Origin: Candidatus Latescibacterota bacterium
GTDB taxonomy: Bacteria; Latescibacterota; UBA2968
Length of the DNA: 64,000 bases
NCBI GenBank assembly: GCA_965205975.1
Contig: OZ242195.1
Location: 992,001-1,056,000, forward strand
Direction of reading: 5' to 3'
Part shown: piece after piece, positions 48,810 through 59,037 of the stretch
Numbering within the stretch: position 1 is the first letter of the stretch
How the letters are laid out: each line of letters begins with the position of its first letter
Notes under the pieces: model-generated
Databases searched by the model: none
What the model saw: the letters and a program-made list of their open reading frames with translations, nothing else
What the model was told of the DNA's origin: nothing
Translations under genes and position numbers: made by a program

Positions 48810-49925
48810 TTATTCAATATAAAGCCGAGGGAGACGTGCGCCGAGCAGAGAAACAACTTCGTGTGAGATATAATTTCCCCATTGTGCGAGGTCGTTCACG
48901 GTGATTTCTCTGTCGCCCTGTTTCCCGAGCAGGACGACTTCATCGCCGACGGAAACAGGTGGTATATCGGTGACATCGATCATGATGACATCCATGCAGA
49001 TCGCACCGACAACCAGACAGGATTTTCCGCAGATGAGGACATGGGATTTATTGGACATCTGACGGTTGTATCCGTCGGCATATCCCAGGGGTGCGAGGGC
49101 GATGCGAGAAGGGCGCGTGAGCGTGTATGTGCCGCCGTAACTGAGGGTTTGGCCGGTAGAAAAATTTCGCACTTGTGCGATCCGCGCTTTGATAGATAGC
49201 GCGGGAGAAAGCGAGAGTGGACCTGCACCTTGCGTGGGGGGAATGCCATAGGTGAGCAATCCCACGCGCACGAGATCAAAATGCGATTCTGGCATGTGAA
49301 CGGTCATGACGCTGTTGGCGGCGTGACGATAGGGAACAGAAATGTCTGTGAGTTTGGACAGACACGCGGCAAATATTTTGATCTGATGGCGAGCCTTGTC
49401 CATGTCTTCTGTGCGTTCCCAGGCCACATGTGTTGCGATACCCTCGAAGAATAAGTGGGGATTCTGGACGATTTTTTGGGCAAAGTCGAGTACCTCATCG
49501 GATGATAGGCCAAGGCGCCCCATGCCGGTATCGACTTTGAGATGTATGCGTGCGCGTGTATTATAGCGTTTGGCTGCGGCTTCTATGGATGGTATTGCAG
49601 CGGGGTGACCGATGGTTTGAGACAGGTTGTGGGCAACAAGGCTGTCGGCCTGTTCGGGCATGGTGGGGATGAGTACGACAACAGGTGCTGTGATGCCCGC
49701 ATTGCGAAGGGCAATGCCTTCTTGTAGCAGGGCAACGCCGAGTACAGCCGCGCCGCCTTTTATAGCTGCTTTAGCAGCGGGTATGAGGCCATGACCATAG
49801 GCATTGGCTTTGACAATGGCCATGACTTGCGTTGTTGGCGAAACAAAATGACGGACTGCAGAAATATTGTTCGCAATGGCTGATAGATCGATTTCGAGCC
49901 ATGCGGGTCGGTCGGGTTTGGGCAT
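48810..49925 (-). CDS. alr: Alanine racemase
   Basis: VKANAYGHG, HLKVDTGMGRLG, ANS, SYG, GYADG, ICMD. Confidence 0.95.
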   Translation of the reverse strand: MPKPDRPAWLEIDLSAIANNISAVRHFVSPTTQVMAIVKANAYGHGLIPAAKAAIKGGAAVLGVALLQEGIALRNAGITAPVVVLIPTMPEQADSLVAHNLSQTIGHPAAIPSIEAAAKRYNTRARIHLKVDTGMGRLGLSSDEVLDFAQKIVQNPHLFFEGIATHVAWERTEDMDKARHQIKIFAACLSKLTDISVPYRHAANSVMTVHMPESHFDLVRVGLLTYGIPPTQGAGPLSLSPALSIKARIAQVRNFSTGQTLSYGGTYTLTRPSRIALAPLGYADGYNRQMSNKSHVLICGKSCLVVGAICMDVIMIDVTDIPPVSVGDEVVLLGKQGDREITVNDLAQWGNYISHEVVSLLGARLPRLYIE

Positions 49926-52900
49926 TTAGTAGAGTACCTCAAAGCGCGATCCCAGATCGGGATATTTGGTGACTTCGATGCGTACGGGAAATGCCTGTTT
50001 GAGCGATTCGACGTGAGTGATGATTAAAATTTTTTCAAAATCTCCGCTGATGGCTTGAATAGCTTCTACGAGGTGATCGAGTCCTTCGGTATCCTGAGTG
50101 CCAAAGCCCTCGTCGATGACCAGGGTTCGCAGGCGCGTGCCCGTGCGACGGGCGAGGAGTTTAGACAGAGCAATGCGGATAGAAAAGTCAATGCGAAAGG
50201 CTTCTCCACCCGAATAGAGTTCGTAGCTGCGTTCGCCGAGTTCGTCGCTAATTTTGATGTCGAGGGTTTCGCGCGTTCCCCCGGTTTTGAGATCGCGCAG
50301 AGATTCCAGGGCGATTTGGGTGCGATTATCTGTCAGGCGCGCGAGAATGCGATTGGCTTCTTCTTCGATTTCTGGAATGGCCTGTTCGATGATGAGCGCC
50401 TGAATGCCGTTTTTGCCAAATGCGGTGGTCAGTTCGCGATAGATGCGAATCTCGCTCTCGCAGGATTTGATTTTCTCCTCGACAGTGTTTTGTTCTGCGC
50501 TGAGTGCATCGCAGTGTTCGATTTGGGATTGCAGGGCGGCATTTTTCTGGAGCAGGCCATCGCGTTGGGCGCGCATCTGTGCAATATTTTTTTCCAACGC
50601 ATTGGCTTCTTCGAGGGTTGATTCGGCGCTGTTGATGGCTGCCGCGATATCTGACAGGCGTTTTTGCGTTTGTTCGTTGTGCTCTGTGAGTTCTGTCAGG
50701 CGTTTTTTTGCAGTTTTGAGTTGCGTTTGTGCATTTTCAAGGTCGCGTTCGGCCACTTGAAGGCGTTCGTATTGCGCTGGCGCATCTCGTAGGGCAGCGA
50801 GTTGCTCGGAGATGTGCTGGTGGTGTTCGGCATTGTAATTCAGGGTGTGGATGCGATCGCGCACTTGTTCGCGTTCTGCTTGTTCGTTGAGCGCGTATTT
50901 GGCTTCGTCCAGCCATTGTTGTGCGAGGTCGCGTTTTTCTCGAAACGAGGGCAATTCCGCGAGGATTTTTTCTTTTTGTTCTTCGGCGAGTTGGAGTTGG
51001 GCATTTTGTGCCTCAACAGAGTCGAGTTCTTTGAGTTTTTCGCGCAGGGTGCGGTGTTCGGCCGGGTTATAGGTCAAGTTTTCAAGCGCACTGCGGGCCT
51101 GGGATAGGGCGCGCGCATCCGGGCTGTTCTGGATTTGTTCGCGCAATTGGTTTTTCAGGGCGTTGATTTCAGCCGATAATGTCTCGCGGGTTTGTACGGC
51201 ATTTTCGGCTTCTTTTATTGCGGCTTCGGCTTCGGCGAGGTGTTGGGAGACGCCTTCGCTCTGTGCGAGTTGGTTTTTAATCTCTTGATAGCGATGTCTG
51301 TGTTGTTCGCGTTCTGCTTCAGATTTTTGAATATCCGATTCCAATTGCGCTGTCTGTATCTGTTGCTCTTGCAACTGCTTTGAGAGTTTGGCTGTTACTT
51401 CTTCGCGATGGGTCTGATCGAGTTCGCTACCACACAGGGGACACGAAGCATCCTGAACATTTTGCAAAATTTGCTGCTGTTGGGCGATGTCTTTGTGGGT
51501 TTGGCGCAGGGTGTCGAGGTGTTCCCTGTAGTTTTCGATCTGAATTTTGAGGGTGCTGCCTTTGTTGCGAATCTCATCGCGTTCGGTTTCGAGGAATTGG
51601 ATTTCCTCTGCTTGTGTACGGAGAGATTGTCGCGTTTTTCTGCGCGCTTCAATCTCGGCTATCAGCACATCGGTCTGCTGCAGTTGGTGTGTGCGGGTGT
51701 TAATATCTACTTTTAGATTTTCAACGACGCTGTCTATTTGTCGCTCCAGGTCTCGAATATTGCGCTCAACACGCTCTCGATTTTCGCGTATGTCTTCCCA
51801 TTCGCGGTCCTGTTGCCTGGCTTTGTGCAATGCTTCGAGCTGTATTTGAATGGCTTGACGGTCAGAGAGAAGTGCTTCTGTTTCTCGCAATGCGCGTTCG
51901 GCGTCTCCAATGCGTATTTGCCATTCGCCGAGGCGGCGTTCCACTTCGTGGCGACGATCGGCGATTTTTTGATCGAGTTCTCCTGCGCGTTTTTCAAGTG
52001 GTCTCAGAGCGTGTAGTTTTGTCTGCAGGTCTGTGTCTTCTTTTTGGAGTGTCCGATATTTTTCAGCGGCATTTGTGATTTCGGCGCGTCTGTCGAGAAT
52101 TTCGCGATAGGTCGCCACATCTTGCCTTGCTTTTTCACATGCGGTTTGCTGTTCCATCATATCCGATTCGGTGCGCGATACGTCCTTTTTAAGGGTCTCG
52201 CGTTCGGCTTCATGGCGTTCGCGTTGGGTGCGTATTTTTCGCAGTGCTTCGCGGCGATTTTCCGCGTTTTCCAATTCGCTATTGCAGGCATGGAGTTGTG
52301 CGTTGACGCTGTCGCGCTGCGCTATAAATTCATCGCGTTTTTCTATGGTTTGTGCAATGTCATCTCTTTTTGCACGAGCAGTTGCAAGCTCTATATCTCC
52401 TTTGCGCGCGTGCTCTCGCGCAAGGGCAGACAGGTCGTCGTAATGCGATAGGCCAAGAATGTCTGAGAGAAGGGCTTTTCGCTGACTCGCTTTGCAGCGC
52501 GTAAATTCATCTGCGCGCCCCTGAAGCAGAAAGGCCGAGTTGATAAAGGTCTCATAAGTCATTCTCAATAGGGTGTCGATACTGGCCTGTGTCTGGCGTA
52601 TGGCGCTTTCTTCCGAGAGAGTTTTGTATGCGTTCGTTTCCGGTGAGTAAATTTGAAATTCCAGGCGAGTGGTCGCGCTTTTGCCTGTTTTGCGAAAGCT
52701 GCGGCTGATGCGATAGCGGTCATTTTCGAGGAAAAATTCAAAATCGACCCGCATTTCAGTGGTGCCAATTCGCAACAGACCGTCGTTGGGACGACGATCA
52801 CTACCGGATTTGCGGGCTTCTCCCCACAGTGCCCAGGTGATGGCATCGAGCAGGGCAGATTTGCCGTGCCCATTGCGGCCAGATATGCAGGCGACGTGAA

Positions 52901-52976
52901 AGCTCGAAAAGTCGAGGGGAGGCACGTTTTCGCCGTAGCTGAGAAAGTTCTGTAGGGAAAGGCTTATGGGAATCAT
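49926..52976 (-). CDS. sbcC: SbcC/Rad50-like SMC ATPase
   Basis: GRNGHGKS, long coiled coil with CPLC zinc hook, YSGGE, VIDEGFG, ITH. Confidence 0.92.
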   Translation of the reverse strand: MIPISLSLQNFLSYGENVPPLDFSSFHVACISGRNGHGKSALLDAITWALWGEARKSGSDRRPNDGLLRIGTTEMRVDFEFFLENDRYRISRSFRKTGKSATTRLEFQIYSPETNAYKTLSEESAIRQTQASIDTLLRMTYETFINSAFLLQGRADEFTRCKASQRKALLSDILGLSHYDDLSALAREHARKGDIELATARAKRDDIAQTIEKRDEFIAQRDSVNAQLHACNSELENAENRREALRKIRTQRERHEAERETLKKDVSRTESDMMEQQTACEKARQDVATYREILDRRAEITNAAEKYRTLQKEDTDLQTKLHALRPLEKRAGELDQKIADRRHEVERRLGEWQIRIGDAERALRETEALLSDRQAIQIQLEALHKARQQDREWEDIRENRERVERNIRDLERQIDSVVENLKVDINTRTHQLQQTDVLIAEIEARRKTRQSLRTQAEEIQFLETERDEIRNKGSTLKIQIENYREHLDTLRQTHKDIAQQQQILQNVQDASCPLCGSELDQTHREEVTAKLSKQLQEQQIQTAQLESDIQKSEAEREQHRHRYQEIKNQLAQSEGVSQHLAEAEAAIKEAENAVQTRETLSAEINALKNQLREQIQNSPDARALSQARSALENLTYNPAEHRTLREKLKELDSVEAQNAQLQLAEEQKEKILAELPSFREKRDLAQQWLDEAKYALNEQAEREQVRDRIHTLNYNAEHHQHISEQLAALRDAPAQYERLQVAERDLENAQTQLKTAKKRLTELTEHNEQTQKRLSDIAAAINSAESTLEEANALEKNIAQMRAQRDGLLQKNAALQSQIEHCDALSAEQNTVEEKIKSCESEIRIYRELTTAFGKNGIQALIIEQAIPEIEEEANRILARLTDNRTQIALESLRDLKTGGTRETLDIKISDELGERSYELYSGGEAFRIDFSIRIALSKLLARRTGTRLRTLVIDEGFGTQDTEGLDHLVEAIQAISGDFEKILIITHVESLKQAFPVRIEVTKYPDLGSRFEVLY

Positions 52977-54214
52977 TCGCTACCTCTGAGTTCGGCTTCG
53001 AGTTGCGCGCCGTAATTCTGAAGGTCTTTTTCGATGTCTTTGAGGTCGGGGTGATTTTGTAAGTATGCGTGGAGCGCGTCTTTTATGCCCATATCTTCTG
53101 AAATGCTGGCTCTACGCCGCTGTTTTTGGACTCTGGGCCTGGGCGCAATGCTGGCGATCATGAATGCGTCTTTGAGCGCGTTTTTGACGGCTTTGAGGTC
53201 AACGGTATCTGTGCGGTCGTCGGGCAAATCGTATATGACGCGCACAATGGCATCGGTCAGGGTGTGTTTGTCGATGGCTTCGAGCATGGTTGGCGTGGGA
53301 TCCTGATCCGGGGCGATGTCAACTGATATCGTGCAAAAGGGGCGAGCCGGTGTGTGTACAAATTTGTAAGATGTCGTCCGTCCTGTCTCCTGAGTCTCTA
53401 TGGTGACCATGACGACGCCTTTGGTTTCTCGTTCTTCGCCAAAATCAATGCGTTCAATGCTGCCGGAATACACAACAGGGGGCTGGGCACTGGGGTTGAG
53501 GTCCTGAAATTTGTGAATGTGGCCCAGGGCGACGTAGTCAAAGGCGGGATTGGCGAGTGTGCTGGTGAGAAAAACGGGGTCGCGCCCAATAATTGCGGTT
53601 TGTTCAGAGCCGGACAAGGTGGCGTCGGCAGCGGCGAGATGCCCCACGAGAACGGCGGGAATAGCGGGATCAACTCGTGAGGCCAGACGATCAATCAGGA
53701 GGGCTCCCAGGTCTTGAAGTTTTTCGACGACTTCTTCTTGCGATAGGTTGTGATAGGTGCCCTGGGTCAACAGGCGGCTGCGGTGCAGCCAGGGCAAGCA
53801 GGCAACCTGAATGGGGCCAGATTTTGTGTCAATGGGTATGAGGCGGTCTTCAGTGGCAATGTGGACGCCTTTTGTGCCCAGTGTGCCAAAGATGTCAACA
53901 GATGAGGCTTTGCCATAAGATACGGGGCTGTCGTGGTTACCCGTGATCATGACGATGGGAATGTCGCGGGCACTGAGCATGTGAATGAGGGATGCAAATT
54001 CGCGCTGGTGCGTGGGCGTGGGATCGCATGAGCGATAGGCATCGCCGGCGAAGATGACGAGATCGACCTCTTCTTTTATAGCTTCTTCAAACGCAAATCG
54101 CAGACTTTTGATAAAGTCTTGCAAGCGCGTGTGAAGGCCCGTACCCGAATCGAGACGGCCGTAATTTTCAACGCCAATATGGGTGTCGGCAACGTGTAGA
54201 AATTTGATGGACAT
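52973..54214 (-). CDS. sbcD: SbcD/Mre11-like exonuclease
   Basis: ADTHIG, FAGD, GNHD, YVALGHIH, YSGSIERIDFGE; overlaps sbcC start. Confidence 0.93.
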   Translation of the reverse strand: MSIKFLHVADTHIGVENYGRLDSGTGLHTRLQDFIKSLRFAFEEAIKEEVDLVIFAGDAYRSCDPTPTHQREFASLIHMLSARDIPIVMITGNHDSPVSYGKASSVDIFGTLGTKGVHIATEDRLIPIDTKSGPIQVACLPWLHRSRLLTQGTYHNLSQEEVVEKLQDLGALLIDRLASRVDPAIPAVLVGHLAAADATLSGSEQTAIIGRDPVFLTSTLANPAFDYVALGHIHKFQDLNPSAQPPVVYSGSIERIDFGEERETKGVVMVTIETQETGRTTSYKFVHTPARPFCTISVDIAPDQDPTPTMLEAIDKHTLTDAIVRVIYDLPDDRTDTVDLKAVKNALKDAFMIASIAPRPRVQKQRRRASISEDMGIKDALHAYLQNHPDLKDIEKDLQNYGAQLEAELRGSE

Positions 54215-54306
54215 AGTGAGAAAGGTTATTATGGGGAGGGAGAGGATAGGGGAAATTTAAGGAAGAAATAAGATGATGCAAAGTGCAAAGTTTACACAGC
54301 ACAGGC

Positions 54307-56124
54307 TTATGGGCTTACTTCTGGCGTGAGTTTTACTTTAATCTGAAGAGTTGTGACATCTGTGAAGTGAATCGCCAGTTTTCTGCGTCCCGTGTTATCG
54401 GCTTGTTTGGGATTGGGGGAGGTGGGCAAAGGGGTTGCGTCGAGAACTGTAAATATCGCGTCAGATGGCGATAAAATTTCCGCTTTGAGATGTTTGCCCC
54501 TGCGCGTTAGAAGGGCGGTTTGTCCGTCGAGTTTGATACTGGCTCTCGTGTGCATGAACCACCAGAGTTTAGATGGGGATTTGGCTTCAATGTCGTCGGT
54601 GATTACGACATGATTTTGGTCAATCATCTCAAAGGTGCGCTGTGCGTCTGTCACATCATCGGCATAAACATCGGTGAGATCGACAACAGCAGTCGCATGA
54701 TCAGGCGCAGCATTGAAGGTGGTGATGGGGCATTCGGCTTTTGGGTTCTGGTCTGGACCATTTCCGGGATTGAAGACGAGGGTGTTATGCCCCTCGGCGC
54801 GGATGCGATAAAATTCCCACCGTTGGCGTTTGTTGCGATGGGTCTGATAGGTTTCGCGTTCTGTGCCCGAGTCGATAGCCCATCGCTCGCCGAGCGCTTC
54901 GAGGATAAACGTGCCCTGATCGAGATGCCGGTGCATGCGCAGGTTGTAATTGCCGCCGGCCTGAATGCCCAGGACCAGCGCATTGGAATCGGTCCAGGAA
55001 GAACGCAAGGTAGCGACATCGGCTTTGCGAAAGTGTTTGTCGGGGGATAGGGTGCTGGGATCAAAGTCTTTTGCGCTGTCGTCGAACCACAGCAAGTCGA
55101 GCACTGTTCCCCTGCCGTATTGTCTGAGCGTATCGTAGCGAAACCAACTGTAGTGTTGTATGCCGTAGTGCTTACCCATCCAGAAGTGCATGGGGGTACT
55201 CATGCGACGCAATCCGCAATCGGCAAAGTCAAAACTGTAGCGATCCGCCCCCGAGATGTAAATCTGATAATCTCCGCTTTCTTTGAACCCGGGTGTGTCT
55301 GTGAGGTCAAAATCCGTGCCGAGTGCGCTGAACAGGCTGGATAAAAAGAGTACGTTGTAACGCGCACCATAATCCCAATAGGTCACGCCTTCAATACCCG
55401 CACCATCGGGCGCGTAGAAATTCATCGCCACCGGAATGTTTTTGATGCCTTCGTGGAGAATTTCATTGGCGAGTTCAGGTTTTTCATCGGCTATGACGAG
55501 CGCGCCCATGCCGAGTCCACCGTTGCAGACCTGGTTCCAATTGTTGTGACTGCGCGCCCACCAGGCGTTTTCACGATAGCCTTTTAAGCCGGGTTTGAGA
55601 CCTTTTTCCACGATAGCACTGCGAAGGATGCTACGCTGATCTTCTGTCCAATGCTTGTACAACCAGTCGTATCCAACGGCAAAGGCATAAGTCATTTCTG
55701 CGGTGTCGAGAAAATGATCGGGATTCCAGTCTTTGAATTGCGCTGCGGCTTCGAGTTCTGCCCAGGCGCGTTCCAAATGGCGTTGTTCGCCCTCCATGAG
55801 ATAGACAAAGGCGAGTTGTCGCACACGCTCTTTGACGCGACGGCTGGTGGAGAGCAACCGCCTTCCGTCAGGGATGCTGTATTCCGATGGTTTTTGCGTG
55901 AGTATTTTCTGGGTTTCTCGCTTGACCCGGCGGTAGATTTTGGCGGCAACAGTGTCCTGGGCTATTTGTTTTTTGACGCGTGCGATGGTATTTGCATCCA
56001 TCATCAGACGCGGGTGGCCGGGTTCCATGGTCGTTAGAACCTGATCCTTATCCGGGGGTGTGAATGCTTCTGTGTGAGTTTGAGTACTCAGCATGATGAT
56101 GATTATTGCCGTGATTGATTTCAT
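54307..56124 (-). CDS. Heparinase II/III-family exported lyase-like protein
   Basis: HPRL, WNPDHFLDTAE, NNWNQVC, EG..YW.YG, HRHLD.G.F, HNT. Confidence 0.8.
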   Translation of the reverse strand: MKSITAIIIIMLSTQTHTEAFTPPDKDQVLTTMEPGHPRLMMDANTIARVKKQIAQDTVAAKIYRRVKRETQKILTQKPSEYSIPDGRRLLSTSRRVKERVRQLAFVYLMEGEQRHLERAWAELEAAAQFKDWNPDHFLDTAEMTYAFAVGYDWLYKHWTEDQRSILRSAIVEKGLKPGLKGYRENAWWARSHNNWNQVCNGGLGMGALVIADEKPELANEILHEGIKNIPVAMNFYAPDGAGIEGVTYWDYGARYNVLFLSSLFSALGTDFDLTDTPGFKESGDYQIYISGADRYSFDFADCGLRRMSTPMHFWMGKHYGIQHYSWFRYDTLRQYGRGTVLDLLWFDDSAKDFDPSTLSPDKHFRKADVATLRSSWTDSNALVLGIQAGGNYNLRMHRHLDQGTFILEALGERWAIDSGTERETYQTHRNKRQRWEFYRIRAEGHNTLVFNPGNGPDQNPKAECPITTFNAAPDHATAVVDLTDVYADDVTDAQRTFEMIDQNHVVITDDIEAKSPSKLWWFMHTRASIKLDGQTALLTRRGKHLKAEILSPSDAIFTVLDATPLPTSPNPKQADNTGRRKLAIHFTDVTTLQIKVKLTPEVSP

Positions 56125-56141
56125 AATGTGTTTTTAACGAT

Positions 56142-56177
56142 AACGAGTTCACTCAGTAGAAACTGGGCGAACTCGTT
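56142..56177. terminator. Intergenic hairpin, possible terminator of the LRR gene
   Basis: AACGAGTTCACTCAGT / ACTGGGCGAACTCGTT 16-bp imperfect stem; weak U-tract. Confidence 0.45.
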
Positions 56178-56207
56178 TGGTTATGACCTGAGATTTTTAC
56201 AGGTATC

Positions 56208-56990
56208 TCATTTGTCTTTGTCCATGGACTCCATGGCGTCCATATTTACCTTAACCTCTCTTTTTTTCAAGGCAGGGACATGCGTGTTCATCGATGCCTC
56301 ATTCAGAGCGTTGCGCCTGATATTCAGTGTTGCCAGGTTGGCCAGTCCGGCGGCCGGTGCGATATCGGCGACTTTATTGTTGGCGATGTTCAGGGTTTTC
56401 AACTCCGCCATCCCCGATACTGCCGAAATATCCGCGACTTTGTTGCCGGAAAGATTCAGTGTTCTCAGTTTGGTCAAGCCCGACAATGCCGAAATATCCA
56501 TGACGTTGCGATTCGCAGTGAGATGCAACGTTCTCAGATTGGTTAATTTAGCAAGTGCTGAGACGTCAGACACATTATTGCGGGTAAGGTTTAGCGTTCG
56601 CAGTTTTTTTAAACCGGCAAGTGCTGAAAGGTCTGTGACAGCGTTGCTGTTGACGACCTTATTTTCCACGCGCGCCTGACCGAGGTTCAGTACTGTTAAA
56701 TTGGTTGCGTGCTCGAGTCCGCTCAAATCGCTGATGTTTGCATTTGTGGCGACAAGACGTCGCAATTTTGCCATGTCAGCCGTGGTGATCACCGCATCGC
56801 TCGCCATGTTCAGGGAATCCGCAACAACCGCACGCAGATTGGCGTCGGCGATCATGACGGGCTTTGGCTCCATTTTTTTGGCAGCGCTTTCGCTTTTTTG
56901 CTCGCTCTTCAGGTGATGGCCCGCGTCGGTCGCGCTATAGCTGCATGCAATGAAGAGTGCGAGGATCAGGGGGAGATGTCGATACTTCAT
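56208..56990 (-). CDS. Exported internalin-like leucine-rich-repeat protein
   Basis: DANLRA cap, about 6 repeats of LxxLxLxxNxVxDxSAL; signal peptide with IAC. Confidence 0.88.
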   Translation of the reverse strand: MKYRHLPLILALFIACSYSATDAGHHLKSEQKSESAAKKMEPKPVMIADANLRAVVADSLNMASDAVITTADMAKLRRLVATNANISDLSGLEHATNLTVLNLGQARVENKVVNSNAVTDLSALAGLKKLRTLNLTRNNVSDVSALAKLTNLRTLHLTANRNVMDISALSGLTKLRTLNLSGNKVADISAVSGMAELKTLNIANNKVADIAPAAGLANLATLNIRRNALNEASMNTHVPALKKREVKVNMDAMESMDKDK

Positions 56991-57203
56991 GGTTTTTTCC
57001 TCCAGATGGGGGTGAATGAGGCACGCGAAGTGCCTGTACTAAATGGATGTGATATTGAGCACATTGACGTAACAACTTACGAGAGATTTCCTCCTTTCTG
57101 TTGTGGGTGCGTATTCCTGTGTGCCCTAATCAAGGGTATGATAATATAAAAACGGTTGATTGGTCAATAAAAAATAATAGGTAAGATAAGAGGAGAGAAG
57201 GGG

Positions 57204-58952
57204 CTAACGCTTAAGCTCGAGTTGTGCCGACCACGAGGAGGTGCGGTGGTGGCTGTAGCGCGTTGACAGGCGGAAATGCGCGTTTGCCCAGGTGAGGCGC
57301 AGACCGCGATTGGTGCCGTCTCCCGAGAGGGTGAGCAGGCGTATGCCACCCCAGACATCGGGTTCAACGTCGTAGATACGCGCGTTGTAGGATGAGATTT
57401 TGTGGTGAGTTGCCCAAAGTGCGAGGGAGAAGCCCGTTGATTTGCCGAGTTGGAGGCGAAGTCCGGCGGCATTTCCCGATGTACCGGCGTGGGCGCGCTG
57501 GAGCCATGCGGTCATGGCGCGGGAGGGGCGTTTATAGGTGAGCGAGAGGCGAAGGCTCTGGCGGGGCACGCGATTTGTCGCGCTTCTGGTATCGGCGGTC
57601 AGACGTGCCGAAAACCCCCTGCTGAAGCGGTGGGTAAAATTGAGCCGCAGGCGATTACCTCGTTCTGGCAGCGCGCTTTTCTCTGGTATGAGCTGACCAT
57701 GACGGTCGAGGGCGATATCGAGGCGTTTGTGTTTTGATATGCGCCAGGTCAGGCCAAAGAATGCGCCCCACTCGTTGTTGGGGGGAGAGCTGTATGCGGC
57801 ATAAGGTGCGCCGTGTAAGCTGTGGAAATTGGCGCTATAGCGTCTGCCGATGAGGTGAAGACGCAGGAGGGGCGTGCCAGCGACGAGGCCAGTTATGAAA
57901 GCTTTCGGGGCGATTTCGCCAAACAGGGCGATATGATCGGCGCGGTAGAAGGCGTTGAGGCTGAATAACAGGCCTGCCCGAGCTGTGCGCGGTACTGCAG
58001 ATTCTCCGACTGTGTCAGATGCGACTGGATTAAAGGCTGTGTTGAGGACTGTCAATCCAACGTGTTTTTGTGAGGACCCAATGGCTATGTTTGCGCCTGC
58101 GAGGTGTTCGCGAAGCGCGTTTTTGCGCGCTTGTGAGGTTTCTGTGTCGTGAAGGCCGCTGGTGTAGATGCGCGTATCAGATCCAAAGGTCGCATCCCAT
58201 GTCATTTGGCCATACATCAGGCTCCAATGCAGGTGGGTGTGTGAGCCGCTCAGGTAAATGCCGCGCAGGGCACCGTGTTCTGTGCTGGTGCGGTTGCCCA
58301 GTTGTGTGGCAGTGCGGGCGCGTGCATAGCTCAGGCCAGTCGCGTTGCGGGTGCGGCGGGAAAAGAGCAATCCCTGTCCCCATTCTGGACGCACGTCTCC
58401 TATGATGATGTTGACCCGCGAAAGGGGCAGGGCAATATATCCGGTGACATGATCGGTAAGGGTCGGTTCTTCCGGGTCGCGTTCGGTAAGAAAAAAGGCA
58501 GAGAGGCGTGCGGGCGAAGCGATTTCGAGTCGCTGGTAGAGACGCATGTCGCCAAAGCTATTGGCGCGTTTGGAAGGCCGCGTGACACGGGATGTGTATT
58601 GCAAACGCCATGGGCGCGGGGGGGCGATGGAGAGATAGGGCGCGATGAGGTCGATGTGTTCTTCCGATAAGCCCTGCACATGGGCGAGTTCTGCAAGGGT
58701 GCGATAGGGGCGACGGGCGATGATTCGTCGGGCGAGTTCTGGGGTGAGACCGGGTAGAATGAGCAGGTCTTTCGCACTTGCGCGATTGAGTTCGAGGCTT
58801 ATGCCTTCGAGGTCGCGTAACAGGTCGTTATAAGCTTCGGCCTCGTCTTCGGTGTAGATGACGAGCGGTTGTGCGAATAGGAGCGCGGGAAGGCACAGGG
58901 TGAACACAATGTGCCATGCGAGCGTGCGGAAGTGAAAGATATGTTCTGACAT
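57204..58952 (-). CDS. ComEA-like helix-hairpin-helix protein with beta-rich C-terminus
   Basis: LNRAS..DL..LPGL..A.RII..RPY..L..V.GL; GD..WGQGL. Confidence 0.72.
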   Translation of the reverse strand: MSEHIFHFRTLAWHIVFTLCLPALLFAQPLVIYTEDEAEAYNDLLRDLEGISLELNRASAKDLLILPGLTPELARRIIARRPYRTLAELAHVQGLSEEHIDLIAPYLSIAPPRPWRLQYTSRVTRPSKRANSFGDMRLYQRLEIASPARLSAFFLTERDPEEPTLTDHVTGYIALPLSRVNIIIGDVRPEWGQGLLFSRRTRNATGLSYARARTATQLGNRTSTEHGALRGIYLSGSHTHLHWSLMYGQMTWDATFGSDTRIYTSGLHDTETSQARKNALREHLAGANIAIGSSQKHVGLTVLNTAFNPVASDTVGESAVPRTARAGLLFSLNAFYRADHIALFGEIAPKAFITGLVAGTPLLRLHLIGRRYSANFHSLHGAPYAAYSSPPNNEWGAFFGLTWRISKHKRLDIALDRHGQLIPEKSALPERGNRLRLNFTHRFSRGFSARLTADTRSATNRVPRQSLRLSLTYKRPSRAMTAWLQRAHAGTSGNAAGLRLQLGKSTGFSLALWATHHKISSYNARIYDVEPDVWGGIRLLTLSGDGTNRGLRLTWANAHFRLSTRYSHHRTSSWSAQLELKR

Positions 58953-59037
58953 TGGGCGCGTTTGCGATGTAAAGGTCTTAATTTACAGGAAGTTGCTTTG
59001 TTACTGCAATAGACCTTAAGCAAACGGTATGCCAATC

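Noticed and set aside
50400..52400. Repetitive low-complexity pattern in sbcC
   Set aside because: Ordinary coiled-coil codon bias, not a DNA repeat
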